Positions 15,961 through 25,224 of a stretch of DNA of 64,000 nucleotides are shown here, piece by piece. How positions within the stretch are numbered: position 1 is the first letter of the stretch; every line of letters starts with the position of its first letter. Source of the DNA: Armatimonadota bacterium (lineage in GTDB: Bacteria; Armatimonadota; UBA10988); contig JACRKZ010000067.1 of assembly GCA_016235455.1 (NCBI GenBank), forward strand, positions 32,001 to 96,000. The letters run 5' to 3'. The position numbers were made by a program, and so were the translations under genes. The notes under the pieces were generated by a model. It was not told the origin of the DNA. It did not search any database and was given only the letters and a program-made list of their open reading frames with translations.

Positions 15961-17516
15961 CGGGCGCGCTGAGCGCCCGACGGGAGCAGGCGTTGGGCGC
16001 GATGGGCTTGGTTGAGGAGCAGTTGGTGGTGCCAGAGACGACAACGCATCCTCGCGGACGCGTACTCGTCGTCGATGACGAGAAGCCCATCGTCACCATC
16101 CTCGTCGAGGTGCTGCGTTCCGCCGGCTTCGAAGTGACGGGCGTCGACCATCCCGCCAAAGCCACGGCGCTGCCGGCCGACTCGTTCGATATCGTGCTCA
16201 CCGACTACAAGATGCCCGGCACCGACGGCATCCGACTGTTTGAGGAACTGCGCCTGAGCAATGTCCATCTGGTCGGCGTGCTGGTGACCGGTTTTGGCAA
16301 CACCCAGTTGGTCCAGGAAGCCATGCGCCGCGGACTCAACGGCATTCTGCTCAAGCCGTTCCCGCTCGAGCGCGTGGTGGCCACGGTCGAGCGTGCGTTG
16401 AGCCAGCGCTGGCTCAACGCGGAGAACGAGCGGCTGTCCGCCGTGATCGAGATGTACTCCGCGCGCCAGAGTCTGCATCGGCCGCGCAACCGCGACGAGC
16501 TGGCGCTGGCCCTGGCCGAACTGGTACGCTCCCGCCTGTCCCGCTGCGAAGCCTTAGTTCTGCTGGCCGACGCCACCGAGGGCCGGCTCTATGCGCCGCG
16601 CGGCCGCTCCGACCGAGCCGCTTGGGCGGATCTGGTCGATGAGTGGTCGGGCCAGAGCGCCGACTCGGTGCAGGGCGGAGTCGAACCCTATGGCGATCAG
16701 TGGCTGGTGCGGCTGCCCTTGACTTGCGACGGGACCGTCGAGGGCTGCCTGCTACTGCGTCAGGAAGGTGACCGGCCGACCACATCCGCCGTCGAGCGGC
16801 TCAGCCTGCTCAGTTCGCAGGCGGCGCTGGTGCTGTCGCACCTAAGACTGTTCGAGAGCCAACTGCGCGAGGAGAAGCTGGCCCTGGTTGGCCGCATGGC
16901 GGGCGTCATCTGCGACCGCGTGCGCACCCCGCTGCAGGCCATCGAGGCTGCGGTGGCCGAACTCGATCTCGAGACTCCCGACTACGCGGACATGATCCGC
17001 GACGAGACACACCATCTCGACCGCTTGTGCGCCGAGCTCTCGGACCTGGTCTCGGGATCGGACCGGCTCGTGCTGGCCGACACCAATCTCGCCGAGCTGC
17101 TGCTCGACTTGGCGCATCGCGTGCGGCCCGAGCAGGAGCGACGCGGCGTGCAGGTGTTGTGCATGGTCTCCGAGCCGCTCATCGTCCCTGCCGACGCCGG
17201 CAAGCTGACCCGCGCGCTGCACAACCTGGTCAAGAACGCCGGCGAAGCCATGCCCCAAGGCGGAGTACTGGCGCTCGGGCTCGATCGCGAGCCCGGCCAG
17301 GCAGTGATCACCGTGGGCGACACCGGCGTGGGCATGAGCAACGACGTGCTGGCCCGCGTGTTCGAGCCGTTCTTCAGCCACGGCAAGGTGCACGGCACCG
17401 GTCTGGGCGGCGCCGTGGTCCGCAGTGCCGTGCAAGCCCATGGCGGGCGCATCGAAGTGCACAGCCGCGAAGGCGAAGGCACCACCTTCCGCCTCTACCT
17501 GCCCCTGCCGGCCTGA
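15957..17516 (+). CDS. Hybrid response regulator / histidine-kinase-like protein (REC-GAF-like-HisKA-like-HATPase); phospho-His absent
   Basis: REC VLVVDDE..LTDYKMP..LLKPF; N-box HNLVKNA, G1 DTGVGM, F-box FEPFF, G2 GTGLG; H-box reads GVICDRVRTPL. Confidence 0.85.
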   Translation: MTGALSARREQALGAMGLVEEQLVVPETTTHPRGRVLVVDDEKPIVTILVEVLRSAGFEVTGVDHPAKATALPADSFDIVLTDYKMPGTDGIRLFEELRLSNVHLVGVLVTGFGNTQLVQEAMRRGLNGILLKPFPLERVVATVERALSQRWLNAENERLSAVIEMYSARQSLHRPRNRDELALALAELVRSRLSRCEALVLLADATEGRLYAPRGRSDRAAWADLVDEWSGQSADSVQGGVEPYGDQWLVRLPLTCDGTVEGCLLLRQEGDRPTTSAVERLSLLSSQAALVLSHLRLFESQLREEKLALVGRMAGVICDRVRTPLQAIEAAVAELDLETPDYADMIRDETHHLDRLCAELSDLVSGSDRLVLADTNLAELLLDLAHRVRPEQERRGVQVLCMVSEPLIVPADAGKLTRALHNLVKNAGEAMPQGGVLALGLDREPGQAVITVGDTGVGMSNDVLARVFEPFFSHGKVHGTGLGGAVVRSAVQAHGGRIEVHSREGEGTTFRLYLPLPA

Positions 17517-17540
17517 GCCAAGGTGGGACTCGGAGAAGCC

Positions 17541-17919
17541 ATGCGGTACCTGGTGGCCATTCATCACCCGGACGACTATGACCCGCTGGTCGCCGAGGAC
17601 GAAGCGATGTCGGCCGATATCGACACGCTCAACGACGAGATGGTCGCGGCTGGCGTCAGGCTGTTCGTGGGCGGCCTGCGCCCCGCCGGCAGCGCGACGT
17701 CGATCCGGCCGCAGCCCGATGGTGCGGTACTCATCACCGATGGGCCCTACTTGGCGACCACGGAGCACATGGGCGGCTTCTGGGTGCTCGAAGTCGCTGA
17801 CCTGGACGAAGCGCTGGCGTGGGGGCGCAAAAGTCGCTGACCTGGACGAAGCGCTGGCGTGGGGGCGCAAGGCCGCCATCGCCTGTCGGGTACCGGTCGA
17901 GGTGCGTCCGTTCTTCTGA
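17541..17919 (+). pseudogene. YciI (DGPF-type) family protein frameshifted by a 40-bp tandem duplication
   Basis: TDGPYLATTEHMGGFWVLE..DEALAW; premature TGA at 17838-17840; the expected tail AAIACRVPVEVRPFF lies in another frame ending at 17919. Confidence 0.85.
17791..17870 (+). repeat. Perfect 40-bp tandem duplication
   Basis: AAGTCGCTGACCTGGACGAAGCGCTGGCGTGGGGGCGCAA at 17791-17830 and again at 17831-17870. Confidence 0.97.
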
Positions 17920-17944
17920 CGCCGCACCTGCCAGGAGGCCGGCC

Positions 17945-18598
17945 TCAGCCTTCGGGCTTGGGCACCAGCCTTTGCGTCGAGGCCATCAGCCAGACTCGCA
18001 CGCTCTGCCGATTGGACACGGCCCATAGCGCGGCGTCGGGCACTTTGATGCCGTAGTCACTCAGCAGGATGTCGAAATCCGCATCGACCCGCAGCAGGTC
18101 GCCGGGTAATCGATGCGCCGTCCCATCGGTCGCGGGGATCAGCGTCACTCGCAGCCGGAGCGGCACCTCGCGGGTCACGCCCCGCAGCGTCAGGTCTCCG
18201 GTGGCATCGAGGTCGGCCGGCTCCAGCGCTCTGAGCGCCAGAGTCGTGGCCGCCGACTTGATAGCCTTCAGTTCCAGCGTGACCTTGGGATGCTTGTCAA
18301 CCGCCAGCCAGCCGGCGCCGCGCATATGCTCGTCGCGAAGCGCAATGCCCGTGCCGAGCTTGGCGGCGTCGATCTCGAACTTGGCCGCCGGCTTGTCCAG
18401 CACGTTGTTCGGATCGACATCGACGGTTCCCTTGACCGACTGCGCGCGGGTGACGATGGTCTCCAGCGGCGCGACGGACGTGATGGTCACGACATCGCGC
18501 TCATAGGGGTCGTCCACCAGGTAGTTGGTGCGGCCAGCGGCCAAGGCCAAGCCGGCCGCCAGCGTCAGTATGGTCGTCGCAGTGGCTTTCGCGTTCAT
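17945..18598 (-). CDS. YceI family protein (secreted)
   Basis: Signal peptide; LGTGIALRDEHMR..WL..DKHP, GDLTLRGVTREV, LSDYGI. Confidence 0.9.
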   Translation of the reverse strand: MNAKATATTILTLAAGLALAAGRTNYLVDDPYERDVVTITSVAPLETIVTRAQSVKGTVDVDPNNVLDKPAAKFEIDAAKLGTGIALRDEHMRGAGWLAVDKHPKVTLELKAIKSAATTLALRALEPADLDATGDLTLRGVTREVPLRLRVTLIPATDGTAHRLPGDLLRVDADFDILLSDYGIKVPDAALWAVSNRQSVRVWLMASTQRLVPKPEG

Positions 18599-18630
18599 GG
18601 TATGCTCCAGGCTGGTGCGGAGGACATACC

Positions 18631-21600
18631 GTGTCAGCAGGCCGAATCCTCTCTCTCGCCGTCATCGCGCTACTCCTGGGTGGCCAGGCTCGAGCACTGT
18701 CGCCCGAGGGCATCGTCTACGAAGCCGAAGCCGTAGCCAGCCCCCGGGACGCTTGGCGCAAGGACCAACGAGGCCCCAGCTTCTGGTGCCTGTGGACCGC
18801 CGAGGAAGACATCGCCAGCAAGCGCTCGGGCGGCGCCGTACTGGCTTCGCCGCCCACCGCCACCGAGCGCGCGCGGCCCGAGGATGGCGCGCCGGCCCTG
18901 CACTGCGTAATCACCGACCTCAAGCCGGGCGCCTACCGCGTGTTCGTCAGCTCGCCTGGCGCGCGGCCGCTGGGCTACTCGCTCGACGGCCAGCGCTGGC
19001 GGCCCTATGCGGGCGCCGAACTGGCGCTCGGCCTGCGCGATCTGCGCGATGGCCGGTTCGAGATCTGGATCGACGACCGCTACCCGCATCCCGCCGTTAA
19101 CGCCGGGTCGGGCTACTTCGACTACATCCGCTTCGTACCCGCCAGGCCCGGCGAGGTGGTGCGGCCCCCGAGCATCGACCACCTGACTGTCGCGCCAGGC
19201 GAGCTGGCCTGGACGACCAGCGGTCAGGCCGATGAGGGCACCGTGGTCTTCCAGCCCGGCGACATCAAGCGCACGGTAACCACCACCGGCCGCAACCACT
19301 TCGTCCGTCTCGACGGCCTCGGCCCCGCCGTCCGGCGGGCCACGATCACCATGACCATCGATGGCCGCGAGGTGAGCGCGGAAACGAGCCTCGCCCTGCC
19401 CCTGCCCGCTGGCGGCGCACTGGACGTGCCGCTGACCTGGCCCGCGGGCACGCAGTCGGCGGGGCCGACGCCGGTGGTCATGGGCCTGCCCTTCCCGCGC
19501 GGCGTGGTGGCCGAGCCGGGCGAACTGGCGCTGCTGGCCGACGGCACGCGCCAGCCGCTGCAGGCCGACCTGCAGGCGCGCTGGCCGGATGGCAGCGTGA
19601 AGTGGGCGGTTCTCTCGTTCGTCGCCGAACCGCGCGCCAAGCTGCGCCTGACGCGCTCCGCTGTCAGTCCTGCCACCACCTGGCTGAAGGTCAACGACGA
19701 CGCCGAGGCCTGGCGCGTCGACACCGGCTCGCTAGCCTTCGACCTGGGCCGTCGGCTGCCCGCTCTGTTCGCCCGGTTGGGCTGGGATCGTAACGCCGAC
19801 GGCCGCGTGGCCGACGATGAGCGCATCGCCGCGGCGCCGCTGGGCGCCAACGTCAAACTGGAGCTGGGCGATGGCTCGTTCTGCACGCTCGGCCCGCCCA
19901 GTGACCTGCGGCGCGAGGTCGACGGTCCGCTGCGCGTCGTGCTGCTCCTGACCGGGCCGCTGGTCAGCCAGGCCGGCCCGGCCGGCTGGTCCTACGAACT
20001 GCGTCTGACCCTGTGGCGCGGCGGCACCGACTTGGCCATCGACCTGGGCGTCATCCGCGACCAGGCCCAACCGGCCTTCGCGCCGATCAATGCGCTGGCG
20101 CTGCGGCTGCCGCTGGACGCGGCAGGCGGCGTGCGCGGCGCGCTCGACGGCCAGGCCGAGCAGCCGGCAGGCGATGCCGACGGCCAGTGGATCCTGCAAG
20201 ACACGGAGAAGCACTTCGTCCGGCGCGACGGTCTGACCACGCGCGGCGTCGCGGGTCTGGCCACGGTGCGCGACGACCGGTCACAGGTGGCCGTGGTCAT
20301 GCGCGACTTCCAGCAGGCCTATCCCAGCGGCTACGCCATCAAGCCCGACGGGCTGCACATCCGCCTGCTGCCGCCCTTGCCCGCCGACCAGTACCAGGAC
20401 GCCGCGAGCCGGCCGGTGTGGGGCAAGCTCTACTCCTGGTGCCGCTCGGGCCGCTATCAGGTGCGCGCTGGCCAGATGCTGCGGCGCGAGGTGCAGGTGC
20501 ACTTCGGCCCGCTGGCCGACGCTGGGGCCTGGGCCAAGACCTACCAGGATGCCCCTCGACCCACGCCCAGCGCCGCGTATCTGTGCGCCACCGCCGCACT
20601 GGGCCGCGCCTTGCTGCCGCGCACAGCGGGCACCTGGGACGTCTACGACGCCTGGTTCGACCGCGGCTTCGACGCCTATCGCGCGCGGCGCGAGGCCGAC
20701 CGCGCCTACGGCTTCATGAACTACGGCGACTGGTATGGCGAGCGGGGCAACAACTGGGGCAACAACGAGTACGACGCCGCCGCGACGCTGGCCCTGCACT
20801 GGATGCGCGATCCGCGGCCCGAGCTGTTCGCCGACGGTCTGGCCACCGCGCGGCACGTGGCCACCATCGACACGCTGCATGGCGCGCCGGCGGCCGGCCG
20901 CAACGGACTGCTGTGGGAGCACAGCTTCAACCACGTGGGCACCGACCTGACCGGCGACAGCCCGGAGCTGGCCGGCACCGACATGAGCGCCTACCTGGCG
21001 CGCTATGGCCGCAGCATGTTCACCGGCGCGATCGACCCCCAGGGACACCATTTCGTCGGCGGGCTGTGGCTCTATGGCGCCTTGGCCGGCGACCTCGTCG
21101 TGGCCGAGCAGGCGCGGCGCATCAGTGAGAACCAGGCCGCCATGCTCACCCGCAACTTCGACTTCGGCATCGAGCGCGCGGGCGGCTGGCCGCTGATCAA
21201 CATGGTCCATGCGTATGCCGCCAGCGGCCGGCCTTACTACCTCAACGCCGCGCGCCTGATGATCGCGCGCGCCCTGGAACGCCAGGACCCGGCCACCGGA
21301 GGCTGGCTGCACAACCCGCCGCTGGACGAGACCGACGGCGAGAAGGTGCTCGGCGGCAAGGCCTTCGCCGTGGGCATCCTGACCCACGGCATCCTGCGCT
21401 ATCTGGAGCAGGAGCCGGCCAGGCGGCCCGACGTGGAGAAGATGCTCCAGCGCGGCGTGGACTGGCTGCAGCGCGAGAGCTGGAACCCGGACAAGGGCTT
21501 CCGCTACATCAGCAACTCCTCCAAGTACAAGGACACCGGCGAACGCGGACTGACCGCGCTCATGGTGGCCGAGGCCATCGTCGCGGCGCGGCAGTTCAGC

Positions 21601-21756
21601 GGCGACCAGCGCTACCTCGACTTCGCCCACGAGGTGCTGCGCGGCGTGTTCGACAAGCCGCTGGGCGGCATGGGCAAGGGCTTCACCCAAGGCACGCGCC
21701 AGACGATCTTCGCGCTGGATCGACTGCGGGAGCTGGGTGAGGTGGCGCTGAAGTGA
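18631..21756 (+). CDS. Secreted YetA/PcRGLX-like (exo-rhamnogalacturonan lyase-related) protein
   Basis: Signal peptide; GLPFPRG..Q..ARWPDGSVKW (RIFT-barrel-like), YGFMNYGDW..WGNNEYD, ARHVATID, ERAGGWPL alpha/alpha toroid motifs. Confidence 0.65.
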   Translation: MSAGRILSLAVIALLLGGQARALSPEGIVYEAEAVASPRDAWRKDQRGPSFWCLWTAEEDIASKRSGGAVLASPPTATERARPEDGAPALHCVITDLKPGAYRVFVSSPGARPLGYSLDGQRWRPYAGAELALGLRDLRDGRFEIWIDDRYPHPAVNAGSGYFDYIRFVPARPGEVVRPPSIDHLTVAPGELAWTTSGQADEGTVVFQPGDIKRTVTTTGRNHFVRLDGLGPAVRRATITMTIDGREVSAETSLALPLPAGGALDVPLTWPAGTQSAGPTPVVMGLPFPRGVVAEPGELALLADGTRQPLQADLQARWPDGSVKWAVLSFVAEPRAKLRLTRSAVSPATTWLKVNDDAEAWRVDTGSLAFDLGRRLPALFARLGWDRNADGRVADDERIAAAPLGANVKLELGDGSFCTLGPPSDLRREVDGPLRVVLLLTGPLVSQAGPAGWSYELRLTLWRGGTDLAIDLGVIRDQAQPAFAPINALALRLPLDAAGGVRGALDGQAEQPAGDADGQWILQDTEKHFVRRDGLTTRGVAGLATVRDDRSQVAVVMRDFQQAYPSGYAIKPDGLHIRLLPPLPADQYQDAASRPVWGKLYSWCRSGRYQVRAGQMLRREVQVHFGPLADAGAWAKTYQDAPRPTPSAAYLCATAALGRALLPRTAGTWDVYDAWFDRGFDAYRARREADRAYGFMNYGDWYGERGNNWGNNEYDAAATLALHWMRDPRPELFADGLATARHVATIDTLHGAPAAGRNGLLWEHSFNHVGTDLTGDSPELAGTDMSAYLARYGRSMFTGAIDPQGHHFVGGLWLYGALAGDLVVAEQARRISENQAAMLTRNFDFGIERAGGWPLINMVHAYAASGRPYYLNAARLMIARALERQDPATGGWLHNPPLDETDGEKVLGGKAFAVGILTHGILRYLEQEPARRPDVEKMLQRGVDWLQRESWNPDKGFRYISNSSKYKDTGERGLTALMVAEAIVAARQFSGDQRYLDFAHEVLRGVFDKPLGGMGKGFTQGTRQTIFALDRLRELGEVALK

Positions 21757-21757
21757 C

Positions 21758-21833
21758 GCTGGTTCGTGGTTCCGCCTTCAGGCGGGGTCGCGCCGCGCGC
21801 AGCCTGCGGCCAAAGGCGGAACCACAATCCAGC
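21758..21833. repeat. REP/REPIN-like inverted doublet between convergent genes
   Basis: GCTGGTTCGTGGTTCCGCCTT(CAGGCGG) ... AAGGCGGAACCACAATCCAGC; GTGG foot followed by a CCGCC-TTCA-GGCGG hairpin. Confidence 0.7.
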
Positions 21834-21852
21834 AGCGCCGTGGCCATGGGCC

Positions 21853-22527
21853 TCACTTGCACCCGGCCTTGCGTAGTGCCTCGTCCAGCAGGTTGAGCGC
21901 GGCCATGGCCTCGCGCGCCACGTCATCACCCAGCACCTGGGGGACCGCCGTGAACAGCTCGCTCAGCGGCGCGTGGAGCCGGCTCTGGTAGCCGCTCTTG
22001 CGTGCCGCCGCTTGCTCGGGGGTGACCGCCTCAAGCGTCGGCAACTCGCCCTCGGCCAGCAGTCGGTAAGGCTCGAAGTGCATGCCATCGGGGCGCCTGA
22101 AGTGGCCGCCCCAGGCGAAGCCGCACTTCTGGAAAACGCCCACGATCTCGCGCAGGCTGCCCTGGTCGCCGCGCTTCGCCGGCTCGTCGCCGTACCCGTT
22201 CCAGTCGCAGTTGAAGTCGACCGCCGCGCCCCAGGCGTGCGTGCTCTTGGCGCCGCCGCCCCGGCTGGGGCGGTTGTTGTAGCAGCCGTCATAGGTCAGG
22301 ATCTTACCGGTCAGGCCGCACTCGTCCACGAGCCTCAAGGCTCGTCCGAGCATGGCGGCAATCCTGCGGTGGCAGTGGATGCTGTTGGTGCCGATCTCGG
22401 CGAGGGTCGGCGTCGCCAGTGTGACCAGAGCAGCATCATCGCCCGGAGCAGAGCCAAGCTCCGCCCCGCGGCTACCGTAGTCCCAGCACGTGATCACATC
22501 GGCGGCCAGCAGTTGTTCCTTCGTCAT
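21853..22527 (-). CDS. M15 family metallopeptidase (peptidoglycan peptidase, M15_4-like)
   Basis: GCYNNR..STHAWGAAVDFN, WGGHF..PDGMHFE; RBS AAGGGAGG. Confidence 0.88.
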   Translation of the reverse strand: MTKEQLLAADVITCWDYGSRGAELGSAPGDDAALVTLATPTLAEIGTNSIHCHRRIAAMLGRALRLVDECGLTGKILTYDGCYNNRPSRGGGAKSTHAWGAAVDFNCDWNGYGDEPAKRGDQGSLREIVGVFQKCGFAWGGHFRRPDGMHFEPYRLLAEGELPTLEAVTPEQAAARKSGYQSRLHAPLSELFTAVPQVLGDDVAREAMAALNLLDEALRKAGCK

Positions 22528-22688
22528 GTTTGGCCCTCCCTTGTGCCTCAACTACCTTGCCGTACCTCATCAGTGAGGCCGGCGGCAGTATGCTCCCGGG
22601 CCGGCAACCTGCAGACCACTCGACGGCGAGGCCTGGGCGGACAGCCAGAACTCGGGGCTCATGACACTAAATAACACATCCTCACCCT

Positions 22689-22910
22689 GTGCGCCACATC
22701 ACCTACGTCGGAGCCCCGCCCGATCGAGTCCTGGCAAACCTGACCGGTATTTGGACTGCGTGGACACACGCCGGCCGAGCGCAGCTGACTCGGATCTGGC
22801 GAGGATCGACATCACACCGGCTGGCCGCGATTGTGCTGCTGGAGCCGGAGCTCGACGCCAACTATGAGGCGGTGAAGGCCGACACCTACGCCTGGCCCGG
22901 CGAGGTGTGA
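22689..22910 (+). CDS. Small hypothetical protein or gene remnant
   Basis: 73-aa ORF filling otherwise intergenic space, protein-like composition, no clear RBS. Confidence 0.35.
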   Translation: MRHITYVGAPPDRVLANLTGIWTAWTHAGRAQLTRIWRGSTSHRLAAIVLLEPELDANYEAVKADTYAWPGEV

Positions 22911-22950
22911 GGCGGTGGCGCCGAAGGGCGCGTTGTGATGGAGTCGCGCA

Positions 22951-23034
22951 CAGCCCCCACCCCAGCCCCCCCCGCGCGCGGGGAGGGAGCCCATGCACCG
23001 TCCCCCCGCTCGCGGGGGGACTACAGGGGGGCTG
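22951..23034. repeat. G/C-run palindromic REP-like element
   Basis: CAGCCCCCACCCCAGCCCCCCCCGCGCGCGGGGAGGGAG ... TCCCCCCGCTCGCGGGGGGACTACAGGGGGGCTG: two hairpins within terminal inverted ends. Confidence 0.65.
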
Positions 23035-23093
23035 CCGACGTCGTGGCATCGCCATTCGTTGCTAGGCGGTGTCGCTTCGCGCACGGCCGCCGC

Positions 23094-23906
23094 CTAGCAG
23101 CGGGACAACCAACCCTCGATGACCTGCGCCACGCCGTCCTCATCGTTGCCCGGCGCGACCGCGTCGGCCGCGGCCAGCACCTCGGGTCGGGAGCCGGCCA
23201 TGGCGTATCCGGTACCGGCGGCTTCGAGCAGGGGGATGTCGTTGGGCGCATCGCCGAAACCGACGCTGTCGGCGGGGTCAATGCCCAGCCGCGCGCAGAG
23301 CGCGGTCAGCGCCTTGCCCTTGCTGACCGTGGGGTCCATGAACTCTAAGTACTCGTGCTCGGTGATGGTGATGTACAGCCGATCACCATACAGCGCCTGG
23401 AAGTGGACGCGGCAGCGCTCGATCTCGGCCGGGTCGTCGACGATGAGCAGCTTGGTGGCCGCACGGCCCGAAGCCCAGTCGAGCAGGTCCTCGCGGTAGA
23501 TGGGCCTGGCGTCCACGCGACGGATGTAGAGATCGCCCCATTCCGACGGCCGCGGGCAGTACATGCGGTCGTCGGCGTAGAAGTTGAGGTGCTGCCCGCT
23601 GGCGCGCACATGGTCGAGCACCGGTGCGCACAGGTCGGGCGAGACGCTGGTCTCGTGCCAGATCTCGCCGCTGGCCGGGTTGAGCACCAGCGCGCCGTTG
23701 TAGGCGATTACCGGGGTGTCGAGGCCGAGCCGCGCCACATGGACATCCATGCAGTCGCGGTACATGCGGCCGGAGGCCAGCACGCAGATACAGCCCGTTT
23801 CGGCCAGTGCGCGCACGGCGGCCAACGTGCGGTCGGAGATCACCTTGGACGAGTTGAGCAGCGTGCCGTCCAGGTCAAAGGCGGCGAGTTTGGGTAGCTT
23901 GGGCAC
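23094..23906 (-). CDS. Cof-type HAD-IIB hydrolase
   Basis: FDLDGTLL, LASGR, VSKG, FGDAPND..AM, NDEDGV. Confidence 0.95.
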   Translation of the reverse strand: MPKLPKLAAFDLDGTLLNSSKVISDRTLAAVRALAETGCICVLASGRMYRDCMDVHVARLGLDTPVIAYNGALVLNPASGEIWHETSVSPDLCAPVLDHVRASGQHLNFYADDRMYCPRPSEWGDLYIRRVDARPIYREDLLDWASGRAATKLLIVDDPAEIERCRVHFQALYGDRLYITITEHEYLEFMDPTVSKGKALTALCARLGIDPADSVGFGDAPNDIPLLEAAGTGYAMAGSRPEVLAAADAVAPGNDEDGVAQVIEGWLSRC

Positions 23907-23930
23907 GACAGATCCTGCTGGGCTCGGGGC

Positions 23931-25172
23931 TTAGCCTTCGCCTCGGCGCTCCAGGTTGCGGCGCACGAAGGTCGGCATGTCCAGGTCGCTCTCGGGCGAG
24001 CCCGACGCCGGCGGCGGCATGGTCGGCAGGCCGGGGATGCCGCTGCCACCAGGGCTCGAGGCGGGCGCGCTCGGCGTCGACAGGCTCGAGCTGCTGCTTG
24101 AGCTCTGGAAGCCGCCGCCCGCGGGCGGCAGACCACTGCCGATGGGCGTGCCGCCGCTGGGCGTGGTGCGCCGCAGCGTGGGCGGGTTGCTGTACAGCGG
24201 GCGGCCGCTGGTCAGCGGGTTCTGCGCCTGCGTGCCGGCCGTCTCGACGAAGCTGGCGGCCAGAATGGTCAGGCGCAGCTTGCCCTTCATCTGCTCGTCG
24301 ATGACCGTGCCGAAGATGGTGCTGGGCATGTCGGTCTGCGTGGCCTGCGCCACGGCGTCGGCGATGTCGTGCACCTGCCACAGGCTGAGGTCGGGCCCGC
24401 AGGTGATGTTGAGCAGCAGATTGGTGGCGCCGACGATGCCGTTCTCGAGCAGCGGCGAGGCCACGGTGCGCGAGACGATGTCGGTGCTCGGCGCGTCCAC
24501 GGGCGATTCACTCATGCCCATGAGCACCGGCCCAGCATTGCGCAGCACGGAGCAGACATCGGCGAAGTCGACGTTGATGGTGCCGGGAATGGTGATCAGG
24601 TCGGACACGCCCTGCACCGCCTGGCGCAGCACGTCGTCGACCAGGGCGAAGGCGTCGGTCAGGCGGGTGTGCTTGTCCACCTGGTCGAACAGGCGCTGGT
24701 TGTCGATGGTGATCAGCGCGTCGACGCTGTCGCCGCACTCCTCGATACCCATCATGGCGGTGGCCATGCGGCGCTGGCGCTCGAAGCGGAAGGGTTTGGT
24801 GCAGATGCCGACGGTCAGCGCGCCCATGTCCTTGGCCATACGGCAGATGACCGGCGCGGCACCAGTGCCCGTGCCGCCGCCCATGGCGCCGGCCACAAAG
24901 ACCATGTGCGCGCCCGACAGCACGTTCTCCAGGTCCTTGGCGCTCGATTCCGCGGCGCGCCGGCCCTGCTCGGGGTCGCCGCCGCAGCCCAGGCCTTGGG
25001 TCACATCCTGGCCGATGACGATCTTGTTCGGCGCCGCGCAGTCGCGCAGCTTGCGCACATCGGTGTCGACGGCGAACAGTTCAACGCCGCTCACGTCGCT
25101 GCGCATGATCTGCGAGACGGCGTTGCAGCCGCCGTTGCCGACACCAATGACTCGGATGATGGGCCCGTTCAT
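23931..25172 (-). CDS. ftsZ: Cell division protein FtsZ (divergent, outside a dcw cluster)
   Basis: IRVIGVGNGGCNAV, GGGTGTG, INVDFADV T7 loop, Pro/Ser/Gly linker, C-terminal DLDMPTFVRR; RBS GAGGTG. Confidence 0.93.
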   Translation of the reverse strand: MNGPIIRVIGVGNGGCNAVSQIMRSDVSGVELFAVDTDVRKLRDCAAPNKIVIGQDVTQGLGCGGDPEQGRRAAESSAKDLENVLSGAHMVFVAGAMGGGTGTGAAPVICRMAKDMGALTVGICTKPFRFERQRRMATAMMGIEECGDSVDALITIDNQRLFDQVDKHTRLTDAFALVDDVLRQAVQGVSDLITIPGTINVDFADVCSVLRNAGPVLMGMSESPVDAPSTDIVSRTVASPLLENGIVGATNLLLNITCGPDLSLWQVHDIADAVAQATQTDMPSTIFGTVIDEQMKGKLRLTILAASFVETAGTQAQNPLTSGRPLYSNPPTLRRTTPSGGTPIGSGLPPAGGGFQSSSSSSSLSTPSAPASSPGGSGIPGLPTMPPPASGSPESDLDMPTFVRRNLERRGEG

Positions 25173-25224
25173 TGCTCACCTCGGTGACCTGGCTTGGTCA
25201 AGCACTCCGCACAACCCAGTCAAA

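Noticed and set aside
17791-17870. 40-bp direct repeat as a CRISPR repeat or att site
   Set aside because: The copies are adjacent with no spacer and consist of YciI coding sequence
21853-22527. M15 peptidase as a prophage endolysin
   Set aside because: No holin, integrase or structural phage genes nearby
22528-22688. c-di-AMP riboswitch upstream of the M15 peptidase
   Set aside because: ydaO consensus elements not found
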